Part shown: positions 25,043-37,885 of the stretch, in pieces
Numbering within the stretch: the stretch's first letter is position 1
Layout of the letters: each line of letters starts with the position of its first letter
NCBI GenBank assembly: GCA_036172245.1
Contig: JAYWIR010000006.1
Coordinates: forward strand, 930,001-994,000
Origin: Raillietiella orientalis
Lineage: Eukaryota
Direction of reading: 5' to 3'
DNA length: 64,000 nt
Program-made: the position numbers and the translations under genes
The notes under the pieces: generated by a model
Database searches by the model: none
What the model saw: only the letters and a program-made list of their open reading frames with translations
What the model was told of the DNA's origin: nothing

Positions 25043-25461
25043 CTGACTTGACCGATGAGTCGCATTACGTCCCCTTGCGATGCGTGCCTACTCTCATAGT
25101 GAGCTCAGAAACCGCAGAGAAGGCGACCGTTCACCATTTCCTATGAGAAGCACTGGACTCCATAGCACTTGTAGGCAAACAGAAAGGAATAGGTCGTTAA
25201 AAGAGTTTTCTATAGCAAGTTTCTGATGAGCAATTTGTTTCTTCCCTCCTTTCTTCGGAGACGCTGGGGTTGAAGTAATCTCTCTTTCCTTGATTTCCTT
25301 TAATGGCTCTCGGCCCTTCAGATTCTCAAAGGACTCCCTCGACCAACCTATCACTTCTGTGTGCTGCATCGAATTCATGGCTTTATCGTCTAGGCTTTTC
25401 TACCCCACCATTCAGTATCCCAATTCCGAGTCCTAAGAGTAGTATTTCAGATCTTTCAGAA

Positions 25462-25495
25462 AAGTGATTCAGCTTCATCTGGAGCTGAATCACTT
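25462..25495. other. Near-perfect inverted repeat (13-bp perfect stem, 16 bp with one G-U pair)
   Basis: AAGTGATTCAGCT-TCATCTGG-AGCTGAATCACTT. Confidence 0.85.
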
Positions 25496-26879
25496 CTTCG
25501 AGAGATCAGTCCCCTGGCCCGAAGGATCTCTTGGCGTAATGGAAATCCAAAAAAATGCTGGAAATCTGTGTAGGTTTCGAAGAACCGTCTGATTGAGGCT
25601 TGCGGCTGGGGGTTCGTAGAGCACCCTTATGCAACTGGAAACTTTCGCTTTCTAATCTCTGAACCTGAACCTCGATGCTTAGTTACGCGTACCCCGGCCG
25701 ACGAGCTGAAGCTGCTCTCCCTTCGGAATGGCGCCCCATTCTTTGCTACTGCTCGGGATTTGGCTACGGAGTCCAATCCCCGTCTCTCCTATGACCCTGG
25801 AGACCACCCTGAAACCGCTGGGGATTGTTAGAAAGTGCAGGGACCGTTCTTGTGTCGCACATATTTCGCCTGGTTCCGGAAGAGCAAGGTGCACTCCGGA
25901 GACCGGCATCCTACATGTTTCTACCTCTCATCGCAAACTTCTGCTTGCATCCGAGCCGAGTCCCCCCCTCCCGTCACCTTCATCCCATCACGCGCCTGAT
26001 TCCTCTAGAGGTAAGAACGGACAAGTGGGCTTCTTGGTGCTTTCGGTGCTTCCAAACCTGGATCTTCCCACCTTTGTGCTGGCACGTTTCGATTCCTGCC
26101 CCAGAATTTTCCTCTGCGCTGAAGAAGCTCCGAGTAAAAAAAAGACTTCCTCTTTTTGTGTGTGTGTGTGTTCCTTGCTTCTGTCGTTCTTCTCCCCCGT
26201 CCAGACGAGAATGTTCTGGAAAACACCGGGATATCTGTGAACTTGTTTGCTTGCTAAACTGAGCGTCCTTTTGGGATTTACGGCGTACTTTCGCCCCTGA
26301 CTTAGGAATCTCACAATCCTCCGGAAAACGCAGAAACGGGAGCTACCGATGAAACCGTCAAGGCACCAAAAGCCCGTCTTTGGATTTTCGCTTTTTCGCT
26401 CGATGGTCTCGCAGAAGGCTGCCTCCTTCTGCTAGCAGCTCTAAGCACCTGCTTCTGCCAAGTTCCTCTCGACTTCCTAAAATCTTTGGAGAAATTCGAG
26501 AACATCATTTTCACGTGAGAGTTTCAGGAGAGCTCCCGAGGAAGAGTAGCATGAAATTTCCATTTCCTCCATCACCATCAGTGACTCGAGACCAAACTCA
26601 AACTTATCTGCTTCTTGGTTCCAGATTGCTTTTTGCTGACGTTCTGTATCAAGGTTTCGGTGGCTGATATCGGACTAACCAATGAAGAGTACGAAAACAA
26701 GTTTCCTTTAAGAAAATTGCTGCAGGCAAAGCAGGAAAAGGCATCGGTCTTTGCCTGATTGCAGCAAAGAAACACTTCCTCTCTGATGACAAGAATGTCT
26801 ATTTCTGCAGAGACATTGCTTAGTTTTCGCAGCTTTTGAATATTGCCGCCATCGCCCTTGGACCAGCTGACTGAAACCA

Positions 26880-27860
26880 TCCCTTGTATGGATCGATCTT
26901 ACATGTTATAGGTAAAACCACCAATGCTAGGAAGCGTACGTTGAGAATATCAGAAAAAATCATGTCTTTCAAGCTGATTCTTAGACTGTGGTTACCGTAA
27001 AACTTTGAACGCAACTAATCTTCAAGAAACAACGGATGAGGAGAGCTTATCCTAGAGAAGCAAAATAGAAATTTCTAGGTGTTTCCTTTTTCTTGCCTTT
27101 GCTACATTTGATAGAGATTTTTCTTTCCCTGGAGCTGCTCATCTTGCAGGAGGAAATCCATCCACTCTTTCTCCTCACTCGTCTTTTCCTATTGAAAAGC
27201 CGAGTAAGGAGAAAGAGGAGTGGGAAATGAATCCATCCACAGTCTGCACGGAGGTCTCCTTACTCTATGCCTTGGTCACTTCAGCATCACACAGTCATAT
27301 CGGCTGCACCAGAAGAAGAGGTGATGAAAAAGCAAAACAAGCGTTCTTCCCGAGCGAGCCGTCCTCACTCACGGGTCATGAACTTCACTGTCGGCGTCAA
27401 GTCGGAAAGCGAGATGAGATTCGCTGTCAATGCGGTCCTGGGTTGTCTAGCTGTCCCTAGTCTCAAGACGAATGAGTGTCAAGCAAAAGACTAATGGGAC
27501 TTCCCCACGCCGAGCAGAAGAGATCCCCTATAGCTGCTCGAGGTTTCCTCGACGAGAAAAGCCCGAGCTCTTGAGAGATTTCTTTTATCCAGACACAAAG
27601 ATCTCATGACTCTTCGAAGGAGAGGAGCATCAGGACTACAGAATAACTCAAGAACTATCCGAGTATGCTGAACAAAGCAGTGAGTAACACCAGTAAGACA
27701 GGAACGACATTTATGGACCTACGGAATCCATTTCTCAAGCAAGATGCATCTTCCTGGATGCAGGTCGAAATGGATGATCGGCGATATATCGTTTCATTCA
27801 TCCTGAATTCCAGCACTCGTATAAGTAGCTTCCGGCCGGAAGATGGGCCGTGGCAAGCAG
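26880..27860 (+). pseudogene. Possible decayed NACHT/STAND NTPase (NLR-like) remnant
   Basis: Frame-broken motifs occur in NACHT order and at roughly NACHT spacing: LYG...IGKTT (Walker A-like, ~26912), FKLILRLWL, FLFLAFATFD (Walker B-like), LFLLTR, and IYRFIHPEFQ (FxH motif, ~27790). Confidence 0.3.
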
Positions 27861-29284
27861 CTGAACAACCATCCTCCAGGGACCCTACAACTTGTCTATA
27901 ACGAAGATGAGTAACGAATCTCTGGTTCAACCCAGAGGCAGGTGAAAGTCTCTGGGATGTGCCTTCAAAGTAAAGGAAAAGTCAAACTGGAGAAAGTCGG
28001 AACCGCACCACTTGTTGATTCCTGTTCCTGGAAACCTTCGATGCCAAAAGTTATGCCGATATGCTGCGGATGGAGCAATCTTTCCAGTCGCGGAAGTCTT
28101 CGAAGAGAGTATGGAAAGGAGTAATCCTTAAGAAGAAAGCAGCTTCTGCATCACATCGTTAAAACGGATTCATCAGTTTTGAACGAGGTTGGGCAACTCA
28201 GCTTCTGCATCTAGCACGCTGATCTCATCAGGCTGATGACATGGTAACACCTGATGACAAATGGCTTATCGTGAGCTAGAAGATAACAAATGGTTAGCAT
28301 GAAATCAGCAAAACCTCTCCGACACGGTTCTTTGTTCATTTATTTTTCGAGCATCCGAGAGAGGATGGAGGTGAGGAGGGCATGCACATCTTGAATCTTC
28401 AGCGAAGGAGGAGGAGCTGCTAAGCAACCGTTTCCGAATCCTGAAAGGAAAAAATCCGAGGAAACCGTCTTCCAGTGCTGAAGGAGGAACAGACGACACT
28501 TCAGCACACTCTTGCAGCTAGCGGGATTCTAGAATGGATTGAAGCCGGAACCAGAGCTGGTTCCTCTTCGCAGGACACGAGAAGCAGCTGCAGCACGGCA
28601 CCTGAGTTCTCCACGCTCGTCTGAGGATCGAGGCAACGGCACACTGGGGTGATCTGTAGCCCTCGGACGCGTCCCAAGAGGTGATGCTTTCGAAACAGGC
28701 CACAGATATCCACCAGCGATCGCTAGTCAGCCGTGGGCGAAATCGCTGCTGCCTTCAAATGGGCAGTGGTGCCGTTTCGGGAGGATCGGCTTGCTCGCCA
28801 TCTTGGCGGCCTCTAAGGTGGGGGGAGGAGAGAGCACCCACGTTTTAAAACGCGCCATCGTTCTGCGGGATTCTCAGGAAATGAGAGAGACACCAGGATG
28901 AGATTTTTTTTTTTTTCGTTTCCTCGAAAGTCATTTGCCGTAGTAGCAACAGTGCCGAAAGCAACGAAATTTCAATTTTTTCCTTTCTTTTTTTTATCCT
29001 TCTCGCCCTCCCCCCTTCCTTCTTCAGCAGCTGTCGTGTATTCGCGCGTCACGCAATCTCGCTCGCCTTTCATTTTCTTCTAATGGATTGTTACTGCATC
29101 CATCATCATCCTGCGAACGAAAACAAAACCCTGGACCACGCGTCGATTTTTCATTTTTTTTATGGTGTACACGGTCAGCTCTACAATCCAGAGTCCCTCA
29201 AAGTCTGTAATCTTATTTTAGTTCATTTCATTTGGGAGGGGGGGGAGGAAGGTTTGCTAAGTACTCCAGCACCGTTGGACTAGG

Positions 29285-29928
29285 GGCTTACGAATCTCTT
29301 TAATACTGTCCACGCCACCAGGGTTGCGTGAGGGTGCGTGTCACTCTCGAAGTCATAGGGAGTAGCCCCGTAGGGACCCTATGAATCCAGGAAGGATCCT
29401 GAGGAAGGAATCCTTTACTCTTACGCTTGAAGGGGTAGGGTATCCGGAAGGAATCTCGCCCTTATTCTCTTCCTCCGGAAGGTTTTCCCCGGAGGGGGGA
29501 AGCTTCTCGTCTTCTTCTCCGAAGGGAACACTTAAGGGAACCGCACTTCGTTTCCTCCTCCTCTGAAGACAACCCTGAAGGGAACAGCGTGCTTCTACAC
29601 TCTAGAGGGGCATCCTCCCGGGGAGTATCAACCAGATCCATGTTAACGGCTCCGTTTTCGCAACCGCAAGTAAACCCTGCAAGGCTACTTGATCCCTGGA
29701 AGGACCCCAGAAGGTCGACTTTCATCCCGGCCGGTCAACGGGGGCTTCCAGCTTCCACCAGCGCTGCACCCAAAGCCAGTAGGCCAACCATCGTCGTCCT
29801 GCGGGGGAAGGAGGGAGACTCGAAATCCACGACTCACCCCCCGTTTCTAGGCTTCAATACTTACCCTGGAGGGATTCGAACAGGCAGCGTTGGTGCCACA
29901 GCCACGCGGCCGCCAGGGCGGAGGGCGC
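29285..29928 (-). mobile_element. SINE-like element, copy E
   Basis: Minus-strand head GCCCTCCGCCCTGGCGGCCGCGTGGCTG...TGTTCGAATCCCTCC, second box GGATTTCGAGTCTCC, family body and 3' CACGCACCC..GGTGGCGTG. Confidence 0.75.
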
Positions 29929-31761
29929 ACGTTGTGTGGGCTGCGAACCTCATCTCTTCCCCAAGACTGCCATCTGAGAATCGCTGGCTAGTCTGCGCAC
30001 TTAAAGGCACTTGACCCTCTCCTGAACAGACTTCAACCTCATACAGATGTTAGAAAAGATGTTTCCACGTTGCAGCCCGCCAGTTTCCATTCCCTTCTCA
30101 TTCCCCCCTCTCAAACCCTTTACACCCATGGCACTTCATTTGGATTCGCCACGGCCTCGGGGCATTTCTTCAGGGGATTCTTTGATTTTCCAGATGTCGT
30201 GCGTGCTGCTATGGTTACAACTGGCCTTTGCGCTCACCCACGTGCCGACCTCTCTTCCACCCATCCAACTCGGAGCAAGAGTTTCATTGGAGACGGAGAC
30301 ATCCATACCAGTGACGTCGACTGCTGATCCTGCGCCCACCTGAGGGATGGCGAAACGATTTCTTCTTCGAGGAGTCTATGAGGAGGGTCCCTGGTCACGG
30401 CTCTCCATACTTTCGGGATCACTCACCCAGGGGTCCCGATGAAGCCGTTTTTCCGTGCGCCCGCTCCGGTCGAGGCAAGCCTCGAGATTTCCAAGTCAAC
30501 GACGGAGAGGCCGTCAAATTAGGAGACGCGACCGAGGGAATCACTCGAAAACGATGACCTCGTTCCCGAATACTCCTGGGCGAGAAGAACGGAGAATCCT
30601 GACCGAGAAACCGTGGACTGATGAGTGCATCGGGAGGATGAAGATTGCAGCGGATCCCCAGCAGAGGGCAACTACCGGCGTGACGAACGGACGCGACTCT
30701 ACTTACAGCTTTTCCCGCATAGCAGGACAACGACGGAGTCCCGGCTCGAGTGCGGGCAACGCCACAGGAAAAAGGTACCCGATCTGCACGGTGGGCTGGC
30801 CGCGGCAGCGGTCGGGAAAAGAAAAAACGAAAGTCCTCATTGGCAGCAAAGCAGAGGAAACCGGAAGGGAACTTCTGCCTGCCGACTTCGGGAGTTCGTG
30901 GCAGGGAAAGAAGAGAGGAGAAACCAAAAGCGAATCCTCCTTGACGGAGGAGGGGAACAGGAGCTGAGAACCTGGGAGCCAGACGCTGCCAGAACCGAAG
31001 GAACACGGATTGCCTGGAAGCAAGCTGCGTCCAGACGAAGAAAATAGCAGGCGCAAGGCAAGATAAGTTCCCCGGAAAAGAAAGATGCCCGTCCTCGACT
31101 TTGTTATCCTTGTTGACAGACTAGCTGCTGGGGTCCACGGGAGGGGAGGTACCATTTCCATTCCAATTCAAAGCACAGGGTGAACCGATGAACCATGCTC
31201 GTGCGCCAGCGCCTCCAGAGTGGCTTCCAGACTGAAACAGCGAGTTCAAAATCATGTTTGCGTTAATGCTGGCTGTTTATTAGGATAACCTGTCCCCTTT
31301 CATCCTACTGGGAACATTATCCCATGAGGTCGTTCCTAAACAACGTATGAAAAAAGGTTCCTCACTTTATCTCAGGACATGCAGGTTGCCAACATAAACT
31401 ACTCGGATGCTTACAGCCAGCCGTCCGCTTTCACATCTCTGCCCGCTAGAGCGATAAATGGAGCGTAGCAGTTCCATCACCCATCGCAATAAACCACGTC
31501 TTCTTCGGCATAAAAGTGAGATGGCCCGATCTCATTTGTAGCGCGCTTCCTAATAGAATCTTTATGAGTTTCCAAACCCCTGTTGCCTCTCTTCTCCTGA
31601 ACCTCGTGGAGGCAGATATTTTTTTCGGGAAACGTTTTCTTACCGGAGGCCGCCATGTCTGGTTCCAGGAAAGAGAGGGACGCCCCCGTGGTTCCGTTCT
31701 GATCCAAAGAGATGCCGCAGCCGAGCAGCTGGAGTTTCATCGACAAGCACAGCAGAGAACA

Positions 31762-33141
31762 GCCCGCGTTGGTGGCCGTACGTGGGTACTACCGAGCGTC
31801 GCCGGTTCTAATCCCACCCGTAGGAAGAACCAACGCCGAGAGAGGGAGGGTGCCTCGTGGCTGGCGTCGGGTGCCGGCGGTACTCGTCGAAGACGAACGC
31901 CCTCGTTGACAGGCCGGGATTGGAAGTTGACCCTCCAGGGCCCTTCCACGAATCACGGAGCTGCTTCCCTTCATTTCGGGGATCCCCTCCGGTTGTGCAA
32001 ATCGCCCCATCCCTCGGAAGACGGACCCTCCATCTCGTGCCATGGAGCTGGTTGACTGATACCTCTGCAGAGTGTCGACGAGAGCGCTGCTCCCTCCGGG
32101 GAGCGCCCTTCGGAGAAATTCGCCGGGGTTCTCTTCGGAGGAGGAGGAAACGAGGAGCGGTCCCCTTGCGGGTTCCCTCCGGAAAAGAAATTCCTTTCCA
32201 GATTGCCTTAGGTGAAGAAGTGAGGAGCTGGCCTTTGCGGGAGATCCCGTCGGTGGCTGGATCTTCCGGCACCGAAGTGGCAGGAGTCGACATTTCTGCT
32301 GTTGCGCTGAGATCTTTCCTGCAACGCGCGCCGGAGCCACCGGGACGCAGGGAAACGCGAGCCCGGACTGTCTCAGGTCCGAGGAACGCGAGTCCCCCGT
32401 CACGCAATGGCCTGCTCGTGGACTGCGTTGCCCTGCTCCGGCCCCTACGGGAAGGGGTTTTGGAACAGCCCTCTGGATCACGGTTGGGACCCCCTCGGGG
32501 ACGTTTCACACGGCTCCTCTTCGTGCGGGACGACCTGCAGCCAGTCGGCCAGTCCCAGCAGCTGTCTGCTGCATTCGCGGGACTGCGGCGACCTGGAAGG
32601 AAGCCGACGGAGGAAGAAACGGGAGAAACGCCGTTCAGTCCGCAGTTCGCTTTCTGTGGATGGTGGCCAGATGGCCCCACTCGGGACCTATTCGGACGCA
32701 CCTAGCCGGCATCCAGGAAAGGATGCAGGCTAGTTTTCTAGTCCGATGGACAGTGGTCCCCTCTCGACCCTTCCCAAGATTTTTTATTTATCTTTATTTG
32801 CTCTTTCTTTTGGTTTTCTCCCGTCCCCGTCCTCGGACGACTCTGCCAGGTCCGTGGACAAACGGAGTGTGTGGTAGGATCACGCGTGTCCGACCACAAT
32901 TTGTGAGTTTCTTGCTAATTTCAAGAAGCGTCCCGGCGTATCCGGGTGGAAATCGGAGGCAGCCAAGGTGGAGGGCCTCTACCAAGAGTGAGGGGAACGG
33001 ACTCCTCCCATAGTGCCTTCCTCGACTCATAGTGTGGTCCCTCCCTATGACCTGAAGAGTCGCAGATACCCTCGGGTGGCGTGAGCAATGTCGAAGAGCT
33101 CTCTGAGCTCCTCATAGGCGGGCGAATGGTTCTTCAACGCT
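31762..33141 (+). mobile_element. SINE-like element, copy H, with the same ~740-bp insert; right arm of inverted repeat
   Basis: Reverse complement of 22476-23875. Lacks the terminal GAACC and A-tail. Confidence 0.85.
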
Positions 33142-35082
33142 CAGCTCACAAGGCGGATCTGCCAAGCCAATTGTTTGCTGCGTCCAGTTGCATGACTGGC
33201 TGCAAAGTCCAAAGGGATCTTTCAGTTGGAACGTTCGCCCCGGTCATGCAATTGGCGGAGACGTGGTTCGTCGCGTCGAGGGCCGCGAAGCGCCCCGACC
33301 TAGGGCCGGCGTCCAGCTCCATCGGCCACCTTGTTGCTCGAGGATGTACTAGGAAGTTCTCTTACTTCCTTCCTTTTCCTGCCAAGGAAGAAGTTGGAGA
33401 ATGACTTCACTGCCTTTCGCGGAAGCACCAGTCCGGTTCCTCCCGTGTGCTGCTTGCTGCAGCATCTTAAGTGCTGCTGCTGCATGTGGCTGCCTTTTGC
33501 CGCTGAGTTGAGTTTTGACTTCCTCAATCACGAAGGATTCCTTCGAGTGGGGAAGATCCCAACTGCTCCACTGGACACGGGGAGGAAAAGACCTTCCCCC
33601 TCACCTGCTAGTGACATGCGTCTTCCTGCGGACTCTGCGGGAACGTTTCTCCGCGTTTTTCGCTCCCTTCCTATACCCCAGTGGAAACCCGGAAACCTGA
33701 GGGACCACTTCATGCCGGAGGTCCTGGTCGCCAGCTGCCGTGGTCGCAGTACAGCGCTGTCCGCGCGGAGCCTTCGCCTCCGGGCACGACGGCGCGCAGA
33801 GTGGACGAAGAGGACGGCTCCCGCGTCATCTTCGCCATCCGGTTCCTGTGGAGAGGAGGAACCACCTGCTCAGCTACCAAGGGGAGTTCTCTGGCATCCT
33901 GCAAAGGATGCAAAGGACCACGCATCGAGGGATTTGACCCCTTTCCCTCCCCACCCCCCATTCAACCAGACTGCTTTCGTTTTCTCTTTTCTTTATTTTT
34001 TTCTAATCCCTTGACCCCTCCGTGATATCGTGGACCTCGTCGGCGGCCTTGATATATTCGGAATGGGTGGGACGCATCGTCCCACCGACTCCTGTCCGTT
34101 TGTTTCTTTTTCTGTAAAAAAAAAAAAAAAAAACAGAAAGAAAGAAAGAAAAGAAACGCTCCTGCACAACCGAGTGATCATAGATCGAGTTCTGAGTCCC
34201 TGTCAAGTGACCCGTATGGTCTCCTCTTCGGAACACCTGACAAGATCACCAACTTCCCTCATCTGAGCAGCAATCATCAGCGCGCGCAGCGCGCAGCTCC
34301 GGTAGACGATTTTTTGCTTCCTTGAAAATCGACGCAAAACGGTCTGATCTCCAAGAAAGCAGTCCGAACCGAAAAGAAACCGAACTCTTTCTCCGTAAGC
34401 AGGTTCTTCTCTGAATTATTAGACCAAGGAGGAGGAGGAAGGTAAAGAGGATGAAAAAGAGAAAAGGAGGAAGGGAGGAGGAGAAAGGAAGAAAGTGGAG
34501 AAGGAGAAGTTCTGCATTCTGGAAGATTTTTTTGTTTTTGTCCAAGATTTCTCCATGATCCAGGAGATTTTCTCACGATCCAATCAGCTACCCAGAAGAC
34601 ACGGTCCTCCTGTGGAAGCGGCTTTTTGGAAACGTGGAGTAGAAAGAGAACAGCCGCCAGTCATATTCCCTTGATGAATGAATGGTACACAATGATGAAA
34701 TGATGAAAGCAGAGAGCTTCCTTGAGAACCTTCCTTTCCGGACTGCAGTTTCTCTCCCGAAGATTCAGGGAGAATGAGACCGCACTTTGCACACTTCACT
34801 CACTTTGCACTGCCGTGAGCCATCTCAGTTATACAGAGTCCACAAGGATGAAAGCGGGGGGCGCATGGACATTGGAGGATCGCAAGCCATTGGTACAGAA
34901 ATACCCGTTTTTCTTTTCGAAGATTGGCACCCTGGATTTGGCAGAGTGGATTAGAAACGGAAATCGCTCCGAAATGATCTCGTCGCAGCCATAGAATGAG
35001 CCCACCCCATGCTGAGGCAACCCGGGATGACCTTTCGTTTTTCGTGTATGCTCTTTTTTGTGTGTGTGTTTTTCCTTCTTCT

Positions 35083-35083
35083 T

Positions 35084-35118
<35 letters not shown>
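35083..35118. repeat. Compound (CT)n(CG)n microsatellite
   Basis: Direct reading of the sequence. Confidence 0.9.
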
Positions 35119-35399
35119 TGCTCGCGATTGCCCCACTGACCGAGCCCTCTCACTTGTACGTAGAGCCACCAGTTGGCAGAACGAATGGGCTCCCTACTTC
35201 CACTTCAGAATGTGCCCGCTTCCCCTAAAGAACTGCCGATCAACTCAAAGGGCATTTCTGGCACGTGTCCGGCCGGTTTCCTGGACTACTTGGTATCGCG
35301 TACGTGGGTGCTCACCCGGATGAAGACATGTTTCAGGGGCCACCTGCTTCCAGGAAGTGACTGTGCTGACTGGACCTGAGAAAAGCTCTTTAGGTTCTT

Positions 35400-36250
35400 G
35401 TGGGCTCTGCAAATTCAGTTCAGGAACAGTTAGGGAAAGCATCTCAGGCAGAAGGATGTATCTGATTGAAAAACCAGATGAATGAGATGAATCTTTTATC
35501 TGGGATGTTCAATGCCATTCCTGAGAAACCGCAGAGAGTGGAAACAATAAGCGTGGTGACTGCCTTTGCAGTACAGTATTTGCACAACAGTCGAGTTACC
35601 GGTCAGATGTCTTCAATCATCAAGAGGGCTGCTGAAACTCCGTTGCTGATGGAAACCAGAAAGGCAAAAGAAATGCGGTAGGAAATGGGTTGTAATGGGC
35701 GGTGGGATTGCCTTTCGGAACACCGGGACGCTTTAGCCTTGACCGTCGCGAGCGACTGGAGTTCTGTGACGTGAGCGAACATGGCCGTTCTCGTTCCATG
35801 AGCCGTTCCTTGTACGATGCGGGAAAGATTCTCTCATCAGCCCGCCTCTCAAATTCCTTCTCTTCTCCGAAAATTGAGGATCCTTCAGAATTCGATGAAA
35901 TGTCATCCTGAAAGCTCCTGTGCTCGATCGAGCCGTGTTAGAGATTATCCTGCCCCACGGGGTAGGTTGTCACTCTGCGGGGGCTCTCCGGTTGACGAAA
36001 GTGCGATCACGGATATCGGTAACGGCAGATGCGATAATCTCCTGAACCTCACCCCCATCCCTCGTGCCTACTACCTCATTTTTCTGGGCCCCATCTGAGG
36101 ATGCAGTTTGCATAGATGATTTCCTTCTTTGCTTGCGGATGATCGTGATGATTGCACCTCGCATCCTGCGAAGGATTCTTTTGAAACGTCATTCTTTGAA
36201 ACGCCGCTTTTTTGAAGGCAAGAGTCTCCTCTCTAGAAAAAAAAAAAAAA
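35400..36250 (-). pseudogene. Decayed LRR protein gene remnant
   Basis: Minus-strand pieces: SKESFAG, EGNHLCKLHPQM, AVTDIRDRTFVN, NL*HGSIEHRSFQD, FNQIHPSA*DAFPN. These fit the NxIxxIxxxxF pattern of extracellular LRRs. Confidence 0.38.
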
Positions 36251-37539
36251 ATCGAAGGCGTCTTTTCTCTTCAGGCTACAAGTTGAATGTGATAAGGGAA
36301 GAGATCGTGTCAGTTTCCTGAGCTGCACTCGGATACGTGTCAGATCTCGAGCAGCATACGATCGCAAATCCTAGGTGCTTTTGAGAGAATTAGTTCGCAG
36401 GAAAGAGGGAAATCAGAACAGGGAAAACAGGAAAGGGAGAATTTGATAAATGCTGAATGGGATTTACTGAAGGATTCCACGAGTCAGAAGCCACGCGTTA
36501 CCCGCGTATGACTTTATACTTGGAACCTGGACCGAAAGCACAAAGACAAATGCAAACGTCGAGAAACCTTCCCGGGAAGGAACACACACTAAAAAACAAA
36601 AAGAAAATACGTGTGCGTTTTTTGCTAATACATGTGTATTAGCGGATGTGGCGAGATAGAAGTTCGGAGTTTTCCTTCCAGAGAACTTGGACGTGAGGAA
36701 AGCAGAGTCGATCCTCCCAAATCGCAAAATGCATGTTTTGCCATTTGCAAATCATCTGTCGGAAGGGCTCCATCTTTATGAACTGCACGAGGATGGGATT
36801 TCAAAGGAGCACTGCCAACTGACTCACAGGTGTGAACTCAGACAGGATGAATGGATGCTATGTGTGGGTGAGGGTGTTTTGGGGAGAAGGATTTTCAAAG
36901 CATCCATCTCTTTGTTAAGGTCATTCCGAAGATGAAAAGGAAACAGTCCTATGAATAAAGAAGATTCTAGCATGAGGTTCCAGCAGAAGTTCTCTTCCAC
37001 AAAAAAGACTTGAAATGATTCCATAATTGTTCCTTGATTGCATTCATTTTCCTACGAGCCTGCTTTGAAACCTTTGAAGAAGAGCGAGTTCATATTTCAT
37101 CGTATTATTTTTCTCACTGATAAAATCCAGCAACTTAATAAATGGCAACTCGAGAGAAACATCACATGAGAGCATTCTCCTCTATCACTCATTCCTCTGA
37201 TGAACAAATTACTAGCACAACAGGGAATTAGTCAGAGTATGGTGAAGTTCACGCTAGCAAATAGATGCCTGTGCTTGCTTACTCCTCATTTTGGAGCGAT
37301 TCTTTCAGAAGAGAACCTTCAAAAGAATAGAGTGGTAGCCTTCTGAAGAATGGATGAGCTCGCGGGCGATGAGAAATCTGTACGATTGAGGCATCTCCCC
37401 TTGTTCTTCGGTCCTGTCCAATCCATCTCAAGTGCTGCAACAGCAGCTTCAGCAGAGCTCGGGAACTGAAACTTGTGACCGGAAGTCAGTCTCTGAGGTG
37501 CGTACAGAAGAAGAATCTCCAAGGCGGCGAAGAGCAGAG

Positions 37540-37885
37540 AGATTATTTGGCGAGAATAGGTCGAATCTTCGCACAGTAGGGAGAACCGCCTCCTTCCCTT
37601 CGTACTGTCCGATGCACCTTGCCACCAGGACCCCTGCAGCTGCTTATCCTCCGCACAGCATCCCATCCTGCCGGCGGATTTGTTTTCATCGTTCCTTTTT
37701 CCCAGTTCTACACAAGCGTGTCTCCTGTAGAGATTCTCCGCAATTCTCCAGCAGAAACGCCTTCGAAGCTTTCTCCAGGTCTTGACTGAGCGAAGCATTC
37801 CGAGATCAGATCAGACATTGTGGGATCCATTCAAACGCACACTCGCAGCAGTCGATGGTTAACGCACGGTACGGGAACTGAAACA
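37540..37885 (-). pseudogene. Decayed BTB-BACK (kelch-like) gene remnant
   Basis: Ordered frame-broken motifs DCCEC..MDP..CL, DLEKASKAFLLENCGE, DGMLC/AEDKQLQG/VL.W and AVLPTVRRFDLFSPNNL follow the BTB C-terminus and BACK consensus. Confidence 0.42.

Noticed and set aside
32400..32460. VDCVALLRPLR resembling the GPCR DRY region
   Set aside because: No flanking transmembrane segments.
22467..33141. Autonomous composite or foldback DNA transposon
   Set aside because: No outer TSD, no transposase in the spacer, and the arms are SINE-derived with unequal ends.
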